Shown: piece by piece, positions 10,888 through 22,679 of the stretch
How the letters are laid out: each line of letters starts with the position of its first letter
How positions within the stretch are numbered: the stretch's first letter is position 1
Assembly (NCBI GenBank): GCA_965649765.1
Contig: OZ287755.1
Location: 64,666,001-64,730,000 of the forward strand
Direction of reading: 5' to 3'
Length of the DNA stretch: 64,000 nt
From: Bispira polyomma
Taxonomy: Eukaryota
The notes under the pieces: generated by a model
The model's database searches: none
Seen by the model: the letters and a program-made list of their open reading frames with translations, nothing else
Told to the model about the DNA's origin: nothing
Program-made: the position numbers and the translations under genes

Positions 10888-11650
10888 TGTTACATATAAG
10901 GACATTGTGGTATGTTAAAGCACTCTGCTAGAGTGATCTATTTATAGATTTGGGGAAACCCCTAAGCTTCTAGAAGCTGTTTCTATTTTGTTTCTGTTGT
11001 GTGTTCATATGTATATCTCATCTCTGGAATGTTCTAGGGATTGCTTACATATTCTAGAGCCTTCTCTAGCAGTTGTATATATAAGGGTTGACAGCCTGGC
11101 CACAGACCAGAGATTATTGAGTTGATGTGCTATATGAACTGCTATACTGTGAAACATTTTATTTATTTTCCTGTGGATATAAACTGATTACTACATATGT
11201 TTTTGTGGTGAACTCATTGGAGTGAACTAGATAAAAGTTGTGGATCTACCAGAGATTGGATTTACTGCATATTGGATATTGTTTGCATTCTGGACTGGAT
11301 AGCTTAGTTGTGCAGACTCTCTAGATATATACATTTTGTGTTCGTGGACACTGAACGGATAACAGGATACAAGCATTGTGTGGACATTGAGTGGATCTCA
11401 AGACAGATTGCTGGATACAGTGGACAAACTTGTTTAATTGTTATTTATGTGGACAGGACTGGGGTCAGGTCAGATTGGTTTCATTATTGTATTATTGTGT
11501 GAACTATTAAGGGTATCTCAGTTGACTGTAATTCTGTAATTGTTATTATATTTGTTAAATAAATTTGTTAAGTGAAACTTTTTGTCTTTTCCTGTTACAA
11601 CCTCAAAGCAACTGGTAATTGCTACCGCGCTTGCTCCCGTGACCGTAACA
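10888..11650 (+). mobile_element. Solo LTR (Gypsy/BEL-like), 763 bp
   Basis: Ends TGTTAC...GTAACA, TATATATAA at 11076-11084, AATAAA at 11558-11563. It interrupts the SINE cleanly. The flanks ATTGC/ATCAC are only an imperfect TSD. Confidence 0.75.
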
Positions 11651-11813
11651 ATCACCTTAGCTGAAAAGCGATGTAAAGTCCACCATTTTTATAATCTTAG
11701 ATCACTCTAAGAAATATATACTTCCTGGTGACACTATTTCGAACCTTATGACAGTATCTGTTTAATTAGCAGCTCCCGATCAGTTCTAAATATGGCTACT
11801 TTACACAGTGTAC

Positions 11814-12412
11814 GGAAAAGTGCCCAGCAGGAAAAGTTTCCAGTCGGGAAAGTGCTGAGCACCCAAAGTACCCAGCACTCAAAGTGGAGGGGGAGAAAAA
11901 GTACCCAGCAGTTTAACTTTATTTAATATACTTTTTAAAACATAAATGACAACGTGTATTAAATACATTTAAGCAGGTTTAAAAATGAACATAAAAATGT
12001 CTTATCATTTAATGTTTAGTAAAATCTTATAGTATGTCCCACACTCAAGGCATTCACTAAGTGTTTTTTTACCATCAAAGAGATACCCGCTCCCATTCAT
12101 TATTCATTGTATTACTGTAAAGATTAAATAAATATGAGTAAGTAATTCCCATTTTGAAATTTCCTTTTCAGGAAGTTACAGTCAATGATATTCAATTTCG
12201 ATGGTGTTATTTATACATGTGGAGACAGAATATTAAATTGTAGAATAGGAAAGTCAAATATTGGTTTATAATGTTGTTGTCTTTTAGGAACACCAAAATA
12301 GTTAGTGACAAAAGGTCTGGATAATCAGGGGAAGAAAATGTATGATTAATAAATAAAAAAAAAAGCAATTTTTATTAAATTTCTAGGTATTTTTCCCGCT
12401 GGGCATTTTTTT
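11814..12412. mobile_element. Degraded MITE-like element with repeated terminal motif
   Basis: The left end has several AAAGT(G/A)CCCAGC repeats, the right end has the inverted TTTTCCCGCTGGGCATTTT, and the interior is AT-rich. Confidence 0.5.
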
Positions 12413-15400
12413 TACAGGGATGGTGGTGAAAGAGGGGGGGGGGAGGTTAATCTTTAGAGAAAAGTAATAAATATATATAAACATCCATGAGTAAACAACC
12501 AAAACAAAGGCCACCCACACAAACAACTAGGTGACACCCTCTTAAGCACTGTTTTCTTTTAATTGGACTAGAAAGAAGTGACCACGACAAAGACATGTAT
12601 GTATGGTGAGTAGAACCGTAAACACACTGGTCAAAGGCTAAGCCTAATTGGTGTTTACAGGGAAGATTCTTTTTTATTTTTTGTTTAGAAGAGAAAAAGT
12701 TCCTTGTTGTGGAATTTCTTTTCTCTGTTAAAATGAAATTATTCACTTTGGTGGTTTGTATTTCAGACTCAAAACCAAAATAATGGAGTAAATATTGAAG
12801 GGTTTTTTTTAAAAGGTACGTGCTATATGGGTGTTCGTTTGATGAGCAAGTTTATTTGATTTAGTTGGGGAAGGGTCTTTAAGTATGGTGGATCTTAACT
12901 TGAGATTTCGCCAATCAAATCTGAATTTGGGATTTCACCTTTCACATCGCAAGAAAAAACTATCGCTGGTAACTGAAGGAGATGTTCCTGGACTAGGTTA
13001 CAGATAGCTGCTGGACTCACTGAAACAAACACCACAGGATACTTCTGGCATTTAATAACGGGCCACCCACAGCCCCCTCAAATTTAAAAAAATATATATA
13101 TTTTAATTTACAATTTGAATTTAAAAAAAATAAAGATACATTTGGTCTACTTTAAGTCAATACTGTAGTATCCCTAAAATACCTAATTTAATAGGTATAA
13201 ATTTAAGCTAGATAACAAGATGTTTCAACACATTTAAAACAGCTCACATTTTGTAAACTGAGTTGAAGTGAGACTTTCTAAAGTAGACTTTTAAAAACAT
13301 TATCTCCAAACTCAAAATGAGTATCTTAGTAATACTATTACTATTAGTAGTAAAACATACATTCCTAGTGCCCAAATTTCTACTCACTACAGCATTCGAT
13401 ACACAACAATATTGTATGCCACCCCGGGTCGGTGTACAAACACAATAAGCCCCTGACATCACCTCTCATGGGATTTCACTGCTCTTATGTGTATGAATAA
13501 TGTCAATATACAGGGTAAATACAGTGACCACTGAGATCATGTATGGAGACACATTATTTGGCTAAAAATTTCTCCTGGACTGAACCTCAAATCTAAAATT
13601 ATTAATTTTATTTCCTTAGGTTTTAATACAAAGTAATTATTTCAATATATTTTTAAATGTAAAGTTTTATCGTTAAAATTAGATTTTTATGGATAATTAT
13701 GGTCAAAAGATAAATTTTGAATTCTATTAAGTTTTAGGTTAGATTTTGGTTTGGGTATATTTCATATTATTAATGTTAAGACGAGGATGGAGTTGAGTCT
13801 AATAATAGTTTGTTATTATTCTTTGAGTCTCGTCTTAACAAGTCTTGTGGAGTTTGGTGTGTTGTGAGTAGTATACATAAAGCAACATTAGGATTTTATG
13901 GTTTGTGTTTTAAAGTTTGAATAAACAATAGACTTGTTGTTTTTATTTCATCCAAAGAAAACACACCTTCAAATATTCCTAACATCATTATTTATTGTAA
14001 AAATGTAATAAATTATAAAACCCATAAATATTATATATGTCAAGGACATTGACTTTAAGCAGAAACTTAACTTCGGGTTCATGTCAATGAATTTTCTTTT
14101 GTACCTTTAATTATTGCATTCATTCATAGAGGTGAAATGCTATGAATGGGAATCATTAGACTCGAAAGCAGTTTGAGCGTCTATCAAGGGACCCAGACTA
14201 TCAGATAGACAAGGAAATCTTCTCACCAAAACAAACACGACAGGGTCGTCTGCATAATCAGGAGTGAGCTCAGTCTTATCATTAAGTGTTATATATCTGA
14301 GTGTCTTTATTACAACGGGGCGGAGTTTTAACACACTGTAATTTAACTGGGTGGCATTACTTCAAGGCATTATAATTAACCTCAATTCAAATCTCTCACT
14401 AATACATAATGCTCTATAGGTGAAGGATTTGGCACATTTGTCTGGTGTTTTAACAGTAATTTGGAAACATTAAGATGATTGCAGAGTAGGTTTTTGGGGG
14501 TTTTTTTTTCACACAACCTCTTGTAGAGAGATTTGGTGATAATTTTCCATTCCCAATGCACTAAAGAAAGGCCTGCCTGGGGTAATATACAGTTTTAGGG
14601 TAAATGTCCCTGGCATTTATGAAATAGGTGCACGGACAAAATGTCAGTCAAGTTTCCAGAATAGTTATCAAAGAAACATTTTTTATGCAAAAATGATTAC
14701 ACTACACAAGTTATCCTCAAACGAATTTATTCTTTCTAAAGGCCATAGTGAATAGGTTTCCAGAGTAGTGTTCAGAAAAACATTCTTTATATCAAATTAA
14801 CAGTGCACCAAAGTTACCTTCAAAGGAACTTATTCAAAGTAATAGTTTGAATAGAAAATGTTTGCAAATAAATTGTCTCCAAATAATGATGACACTGTTT
14901 ATAGTACTGTTGTATCAAAACAGTGACTGTAAATGTAATGTCATTAAATGTTTATAAAATGTTTATAAAATACCCACATTTTGCCAACCCACCCCCAAAA
15001 TGGGGCGGCATTTGTCCACCTTTGAAAATTTGACCGAAATTTTGTCCACCCACTTTATTGTACGTATTGGTATCTTACGACCATCACATAGATACATAAT
15101 GTTGTACCTGGCATTGATTTTTTGGCTCTAAATTAGCAGTTTATTTAATTAATGACATGTGAGGTGAAACACCATGCTAAGTATGCTGAACTTTTTTTAT
15201 TTTTATATTTTTAAAAAGTATAATAACTCCATAGGAATAACTGAATTTACAAAGTGATATATGAAGCATCCCTAATATTTGTTTTGAATGTGCCACGAGT
15301 TTTAATATGTACCTTGCTATGATGTAACCATTCACACCAATAATGTTAATGGTATGCATGTAATTTGTGGTTTAATTTTGTTTAATTACACTAATATTAC

Positions 15401-15600
15401 TGATATATCACATGTTATTGCATAACTTTAAATGTAGTGAATGTAAATTGTAGCTTTAAATACAATTGATATTTGCAATAAATGTGCAGGCGAATTCTGA
15501 CCACAAACCATACACTAAAAGATGCATGAACTTTAAAATATTGTATAGAAAATGCTAGCTGGGGAATTCAAAGAAAAGGTCAAACATTTACTATCACTAC

Positions 15601-15603
<3 letters not shown>

Positions 15604-15650
<47 letters not shown>
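15604..15650. repeat. (TA)n microsatellite
   Basis: Perfect TA run. Confidence 0.98.
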
Positions 15651-15652
<2 letters not shown>

Positions 15653-16169
15653 AAAACCTGGATGAATAAAAACCATCCGCCAGAGGTCGGAAGTTTCTGC
15701 CAACACACCATCGCAATTCGTCAGACTTGGTTCACGTCTCCGCACGTGCACGTGACAACGGCATATCATCAGATCTTTAATAATGGACAGGCGAGAGATA
15801 AAAGATGTAAAACGAAAAGAAACAAAAAAACTAGATCCCCCGGCACCGCAAATATCCACAGTCCTAGACAAACATAAACAAAGGGAGCACGGTCCAAACC
15901 AAAACAGCAGCCGTTGTAATATGCAAGAGATTGGTACTTAGGTAAAGATACCAGATTTTCCTTGGATTTAAAAATGGGAATATACCTCATTCCGAGAATG
16001 TTTATTTAATTTCTAAATATTGCAATAGAAGCTAGGGTTTTTTTTTTCATATTAACTGGTTTAATATCTAAATATAGAATTTAATCAACAAATCAAGCCC
16101 AGTAGTATTAATTTGTAAAAAATAAATTAAATGGCAACTTTTTATAGACACAAAAATCAACCTTGCATG

Positions 16170-16250
16170 GAGCAATTAGGGCCATCGTAAAGTGGGCGGC
16201 GCGTGTTTGGTCACGGGGTGATTGACAGCTAGCAAAAGGCTGGCGCCAGA
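16170..16250. promoter_or_regulatory. Candidate distal enhancer (Pbx/Meis-Prep decamer + posterior Hox-type site)
   Basis: TGATTGACAG at 16219-16228, CATCGTAAA at 16183-16191, CAATTA and GGGCGG, within an isolated CpG-rich patch. Confidence 0.4.
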
Positions 16251-17182
16251 TTCAGTGAACTTTAGCCAGCACAGGACAATATCCTTAAACTCCCAGCTAT
16301 GTGGTGAGTTTATGTCCAACCTGCCAGCAAACATTGTTCTCTCCCTTTGATCTTACAACACATCTAAGGTGATGAATGACTTTTTTTTTGCCTTCTTCTA
16401 GGTAGTACATATGTGTGTATATATATATATACATAGGTTTTTGTGTGAAATCCTCTTGATGTGGGGCTAGTGTGAGTGTGTTGGGGGAGGATGGGTGGGG
16501 GGAGGAGCACATACAGTAATACTGTTCCATTGTAGCCCACTTTAAATATACACTTACCTAATCTTGAGTCCCATTTATTGCATGGTATTGTATTTTGCAT
16601 TTCTAACTTGCCTTGTTGACGTAAGATAGGCTCTCAGTTTCCTCCTAAACTTAGAAAAGTGTTCCCAGTGGTCTAAGCTTACCTGGGAGACTCTTCAATT
16701 TCATGGGGGGGGGGGAGAGGGAAGGGGGAGAAGCTCAAGATGGGGGTTTATCTTGTGTGTGTGAACTTATGTGTTCAGGGATTCACTTAGGCAACATCCA
16801 TAGAAAATTTGATTTTGACTCCCGTCAATTTGTCATAGGGGTGTAGATCAATAGCAATTAACACCGTGGTATATGGGTTTTCATTTATAAAAAATGGCAT
16901 ATTCAGCCAGTGATGCTATATTATTATTGTACAAAAAGATATCAGTACAAATGCCCATATGGTTTTGAATGTGAAACTTGTGAGCACCGTTACTTGTTTA
17001 CCACAAATATAAAAGGAAAATGCAGTAGTCAAGATGGCTGCTTACAAAAGAATTAGCCGCAGTAATTTTAATTCGCAGTGATATCTGATTCTTTTGATAT
17101 CTTGAATGTGATAGTAAAATGAGCGATGTATGTTGCTGTTTTAAACTCCCTGTTTTTGTGTGAAATCAAAATTCATCAAATT

Positions 17183-17564
17183 AAATATATGTAGTAATAT
17201 TTACTTAGGGAGAATCAGAAAAAATATAATCATTGTGTTAATTCCCTCATCATCAACTTTCTCACCAACGAAAATACCAAAAGAAGGTCTATATTAATTC
17301 CCACAAATATCATCTGCGTACCAATTTTGGATGTAAAATCATATAGTCAAGAAACAATTGGTAGATAGTACAAATATATGTAGTAATATTTACTTAGGGA
17401 GAATCAGAAAAAATATAATCATTGTGTTAATTCCCTCATCATCAACTTTCTCACCAACGAAAATACCAAAAGAAGGTCTATATTAATTCCCACAAATATC
17501 ATCTGCGTACCAATTTTGGATGTAAAATCATATAGTCAAGAAACAATTGGTAGATAGTACAAAT
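17183..17564. repeat. Apparently perfect 189-bp tandem duplication
   Basis: 17183-17371 is repeated at 17372-17560, with AAAT microhomology at the junctions. Confidence 0.95.
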
Positions 17565-17649
17565 GTGTACTTTCATGGAACAACATTCCTGTAAATTCTA
17601 TTGCATTGAGGCATACTGACAGCACTTCGCGGCTTCACAGTATTTTTTG

Positions 17650-17800
17650 CATGATTGATGTAGACTTGGCTGTCGACTTGGCAAATGCACTGGTGAGCAG
17701 TAGGTTTGACTATCGCAATTTTCTTCTATATCCATACAGTATGCATTTTGACAAATCAGCATCATATATGACTCATTCTGTCTTCACATCAAGACACTAA
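17650..17800 (+). mobile_element. Old L2 ORF2 fragment
   Basis: Translation DLAVDLANALVSSRFDYRNFLLY resembles the L2 motif ANALVSSRLDYCNSLL. Confidence 0.65.
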
Positions 17801-18049
17801 AGATCATTTCATCTTTTAGAAATTAAGCCTTTCCAATATAGTCCCTCTCTTCTTTTTTTGCAGAATGCTATTTGTTTTGTAAACAAACTTGACTATGCCC
17901 CTTTTATAATGAATTTTGCCTAAGGGTGGTTTAGCGTGCACCAGTTAAGTAGCATTTTAAAATTACCGTTTCGCAAATCGTATAATTCTTATTGGTACCT
18001 CGGAGTTATGGCGAAAAAACATTACATATTTTGATTAACTACAGCTCCT

Positions 18050-20992
18050 TTTATGATATTTACTTTGTCTGCCTTTATAGAGCTTTTTCTTGCCATTTAT
18101 CACCTAGCTCTTTAACCTTCTGTTATTATCGTTCACATTCCCCATTTTACGTATTCATTTTTTTTGCGATTTTCGCATTTCCTTTTCCTCTGTGTGACTT
18201 TCTTCACATATTTTTATACTACAAGTGTTTTTAACATACAATAGGTTACATCTTTTATTTTGATACTGTCTATCTGTGATTTATATTTGGTTCTTTTTCT
18301 TGCTACTGCTCCTTCACCTCTGAGATGTGGAAGTTTTGTTTAACACTTCTCCCGTGTATGATTCTGGCCAGTGTCAGATTACATAAATGGAGTGCCTACT
18401 CTCCATCAAATACATCTTTTTTTGACCAATTTGCACTTGGTCCATCTCTGCTAGCCTCCCTGAATAAGGTGAACACTTCTTTTTTAGCCTTTCAAATTCA
18501 CATTACCCGCCGTCCCAACCCCAGGGTTAACAGTATTTGGATCCCTCTGCTGACCGCTCTCTGCGGAGACGTCAGCATAAATCCTGGCCCGCCAGCATCC
18601 TTGCTTAAGATCGGTGAATTTAATGCCCGTTCCTTGCAGAATAAGGCACCTGCCACTATCGCCTTAGTCATAGCCCAGGACCTGGATGTTGCTGCCGTCT
18701 CCGAGATGTGGCTCAGCAGTAGGGATACAACATCTTTTTTATTGGATATTACTCCTCCGGGCTACAAATTTCATCAGTTTCCCAGGTTGCACAAAGGAGT
18801 TGGCATTTTTGTGAAAAATACCCTTTCCTGTGAAATTCTAAAAAACCAGTCCTACTCGTCTTTCGAACACATTTCATACAAAATTTCAAACGGTTATCAT
18901 TCATTCCTAGTTTCCTCATTCCTAGTTTCCTAGTTTCCACCCATCCCTTCTTTAACAAGTTTTACTCAAGAGTTTTCCGAATTCGTAGAGACCCTTAACC
19001 TTCTCCCATTTGAAGCTATCATCCTTGGTGATTTCAATATCAAACTCGACATAGAAAATACTACGACAAAAGATTTCAACACCCTCCTCAACACTTTTGG
19101 ATTCTCACAGTTTATCTCTACTTCAACCCACATCCACAATCACATAATCGATCTGGTAATCGTAAGACCAAATTCAAATCTCATCAGAGAATCATGGGTA
19201 ACTGATGGGATTTCAGATCACCTAGCAACCTTCGCCTATTTAAATTTGCCAATACCTGCCTCACATAAACCTCGTGTCATAAAATACAGAAACATCAGAA
19301 AAATCGATATAAACAAATTTAGAGATGATATTCTGGAAACTAATCTCATCAAACATCCATGCAAAAATGCTGAAAGCCTTAGCTTACAATACAATCACTG
19401 CCTTTCTACTGTCCTTGATAAACATGCGTCATGGGTATCAAAAACCCTTCCCCCAACTAACACCCATGAATGTCGCCATTACAGAGGCCAAAAGACGCAA
19501 ACGCCATTACAGAGGCCAAAAGACGCAAACGCCAACTTGAGCGTCAATGGCGACGCACAAAATTCTCCTTAGACAGAAGCCGTTACCGTATCGCCACAAA
19601 TAATTACAACAGTCTAGTAACTGATGCCAAAAAGCAACACTACGACTCCATCATCACCGAAAATCAGGATAATCCCAAAAGGTTATGGGCCTCCATAAAC
19701 AAAATTCAACATCAAACATCAGAGAAAGTTCTCCCCATAAACCACTGCTTTACTTTTTTAGCAGAAAAATTTGGAAAATTTTTTATAGAAAAAATCAGCA
19801 ACATTCGTGATGCCTTCCCAACGATACATCACTTCAATCCTCCAGCCCCAGGATGTAAGGTTTGTAACCTGTTTCATTTTAGCACACTGTCAGAGCTTGA
19901 AGTTCTGGGACTCATCAAATCCTCTACTATTAAAGCTTGTGACTTAGATCACATTCCAGCAGTAAAACTGAGTCAATGTCTTGACATTCTTGTCACACCC
20001 ATAACAAACATATTAAATTTTTCTTTTCGGGATGGTGTTTTTCCCACCTATTTCAAGACGGCAATTGTAACTCCCTTGATTAAAAAACAAGGGCTTGATA
20101 AAAACCAGCTCAAAAACTACAGACCGATGTCAAACCTCAGCTTCGTCGCAAAAGTCATCGAGAAAGCTGTAGCTAAACAAATTTCTGACCACCTTGAAAA
20201 TCGCCACCAGTCTGCTCATAGAAAATTTCACTCTACAGAAAGTGCCCTTTTTTCCATCAGCAATGATATCAGTCTTGCACTGGACCGCAATGACACAGTG
20301 GCCCTCACCCTTCAGACGTACTACCTTCTGAAAATGCTAAAAACCTGGGTGTCACTTTTGATTCAGCTTTTTCGTTCGATACTCATGTTGCCAACATCTG
20401 TCGCTCCTGCTATTCTCTCTTGTACAAAGCAAACAAGTCAAACATTAAAAAGCTCCAGTCCATCCAAAACTACCTATGTAGGGTTACTTTTCGCCTGGGT
20501 TGTCGCACAGACGTCTCTCCTTACCTCAAAAAATTACACTGGTTGCCCATTAAATCTCGAATTTTGTTTAAGATTCACGTTACCACTTTTAAGGCTGTAG
20601 TCACTCAACAGCCACCCTACCTTGCCTCCCTTCTTTCCTTCAGTAACCGCAAGAGAGGCAACAGACTCTCTGTCACTTCGGTCAGACCAATCAGAAAGGC
20701 GGGTTTCAGAGCGTTCTCCACTGCAGCTCCACGGTTTTGGAACAGTCTCCCAGTTGACCTCAGATCAGTTGACACAATTATCGGTTTTAGGAAAAAGCTT
20801 AAGACCTATCTTTTTAATCTTGCCTACCCACCTTAGCTTTCCTCGTGCACGCTCCCACTTCCTTCCTTACGACTTTGCAATTTCCATGGACTTAATGATT
20901 GGACCAATAATTCTGCTGTTGCACTTTAGAAGATGCCTAGCATCTATAAAGCGCGTTAAAAATCTATCTATAATCTATAATAATAATAATAA
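18050..20992 (+). mobile_element. Near-full-length L2-clade LINE, defective (frameshifts, RT core deleted)
   Basis: Pyrimidine-rich leader, APE endonuclease and partial RT, C-terminus FRKKLKTYLFNLAYPP* (stop at 20834-20836), 3' UTR stem-loop and (TAA)n tail. The 5' boundary is approximate. Confidence 0.92.
18325..20836 (+). pseudogene. L2 ORF2: hydrophobic leader + 2A-like peptide + APE endonuclease + truncated RT
   Basis: LLTALCGDVSINPGP; APE motifs FNARSL, VSEMWL, PPGY, GVGIFVK, SFEH, IILGDFNI, THIHNHIIDLV, SDH; RT-region motifs FPTYFKTAIVTPLIKK, NYRPMSNLSFVAKVIEKAV, QSAHRKFHSTESAL. The DLSAAFD-PQGS-YADD segment is missing after 20312. Confidence 0.9.
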
Positions 20993-21354
20993 GGTTAGGA
21001 TGTTATGCAATTTTAGTTAGATAAGATAAGGTATAACTTACCAGGGGCGGTAATTCAATATATTACTGTATTTTCACCGTTTTTACCTGGGACAAAAGAT
21101 ATGTATAAATTAGCCTTGCTTAAGGCTCATGTTTTATTGTCAGAAAGCATCATTTAATTTAGAACTAATTCAGAATGTGTACTCACTTTAGCATACAGTA
21201 TAGCATGGTTGCATTTTGAAATGGTGATCCAAGCCATTATGGATCTGCCTGTACCTGATTGCTCCAATGTCTCCAACGATCTTTAGCCTGCCACTGGGGT
21301 ATCGGACCGAATGATGACATTGCCATTTTTAAGTAGCGTCATCTGAGCCACTAT

Positions 21355-21450
21355 GTATCTGCCACCCCTCATTTTGACCGGGTTGATTGCTCCCAACCAA
21401 TCCATGAAGGCCCTATATATTATTTTCAACATGGCAGCGCTTTCCAACAT
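21355..21450 (+). repeat. Family D repeat core (Helentron/HINE-like, tentative)
   Basis: TCTG.CACCCCTCATTTTG...GG.TGATTGCT.CCAACCAATCCATGAAGGCC.TA.ATATT..AACATGGC; one of six copies in the window. Confidence 0.7.
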
Positions 21451-22299
21451 ATTCAATATGGGAATTAAGAAAATCTAAATTATTTAAAGAAAGTATTAAG
21501 TCAGACAACGTGGTATTCCTATTTTTAATCGTGTTGGTTTGTTAATCTAATCAGACACTTATAAATTTGATTGTGCAAGTTTGCCCAGTTGCTTGGATGA
21601 CCACTTAAAATGGTGGTCGTCTCTGTCATTAAGTAATATCTCCAGTGGCAGATTAAAGATCTATAGGGAAATTGATAAATGGTCATCCTCAAACACCTCG
21701 GCGCCCATAGTGACTGCCCATGAGGAAGCGCATTTGAAAGGACGCTGTGTTCTGTAAGTGTGCCTTTTTGGCTGAATGATATTATGTTTACCCTTTGTGA
21801 TTTGTAAAAATGTATCTGCATAGCATATTGTCAGTTTAATAAATAATTTATCTATGTGTCCAACATGGCCCCCGCCCCTTACATAGTTAAAACAAGAACA
21901 GGCTACGCCTAATAAAAATTTAAAACACGAGCCTAAAGTCAGGCTAAATAACTAGTATATATTTATATGTATAAAGTAAGAAGAAAGAAACAAACACAAG
22001 TAAAAACAAAACACACAGTGGCCCTCGTTTGACATTTGACTGCAAACCACGCAGACAATGCTTGTAAACAACATTTTAAGTATGTGTGCACAGAATGGTG
22101 GTCTGATGCCTTTGAAGTGATAAAAGTTCAACTTCCCATGCCATCGGGTGATAAATTCCACCTCGATATATATATATGTGCTCCTCCTTCTCCAAGAATA
22201 ATGTGCACTCAAGTGGTGGGTTGTGCCTTTGTGGTTGTCTTTTTATCAGGCGCAGCCTGGTGTTGTTTTTACTTTGAGAAAAAAACTGAGAAGTAATAA

Positions 22300-22485
22300 G
22301 TAAAGGACTTCGTGGATTGGTTGGAAGCAGTAGACTGGTACAAACTGAAGGGGTTATCAGATTTATATTAGCAGACGATTATCAGGCCATGTTAGAAATA
22401 ATTTGCAATCAACCTGGTAAAATTTGAGGGGTGTGTTGGTCACACTTTGTACTGATGTCTTTTTAAAAAATGACAGTTCTTGTTA
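22300..22485 (-). repeat. Family D repeat
   Basis: The reverse strand reads AACAAGAACTGTC..AAAAAGACA...TCTGATAACCCTTCAGTTTG..TGCTTCCAACCAATCCACGAAGTCC. Confidence 0.7.
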
Positions 22486-22679
22486 TTTTCTCTTCTCAGA
22501 CATGGAAAAAGTGGCAATGCAATGTGTCTTGTGCAGTAGCCTTTTGGTTTTTGGCTTTTGTTAGTTTTTTTTATCACACAAGTGTTACACAAGATATATA
22601 ATCATGGAAATATAGATAAACTCTTTGAATTATGTATATATTTGCCCTAATTCAATTATATAGTGATATATGCAATTAT

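Larger units (their letters stand above)
10068..11683 (+). mobile_element. tRNA-derived SINE, family B, split into three parts (10068-10162, 10788-10887, 11651-11683)
   Basis: The joined pieces are collinear with the uninterrupted copy at 42141-42375 (A-box, AATCA..GCCT..CA.CAATGT.GGTT..AAT, ATGTG.GAAAGT..CAGGTACTTGCC..GGCTTCAGCACTGGTTTCT..CACCCTT..AT.ACCT.AGCTG..AAAGC.A.GTAAA). Confidence 0.85.

Noticed and set aside
11870-11900. AAAGTGGAGGGGG resembling the 3' end of a twister ribozyme
   Set aside because: The upstream twister elements are absent, and it lies within an AAAGT(G/A)CCCAGC terminal repeat array.
14112-14160. Hairpin CATTCATAG..CTATGAATG as a microRNA precursor
   Set aside because: The stem is too short and I do not recognise a known mature sequence.
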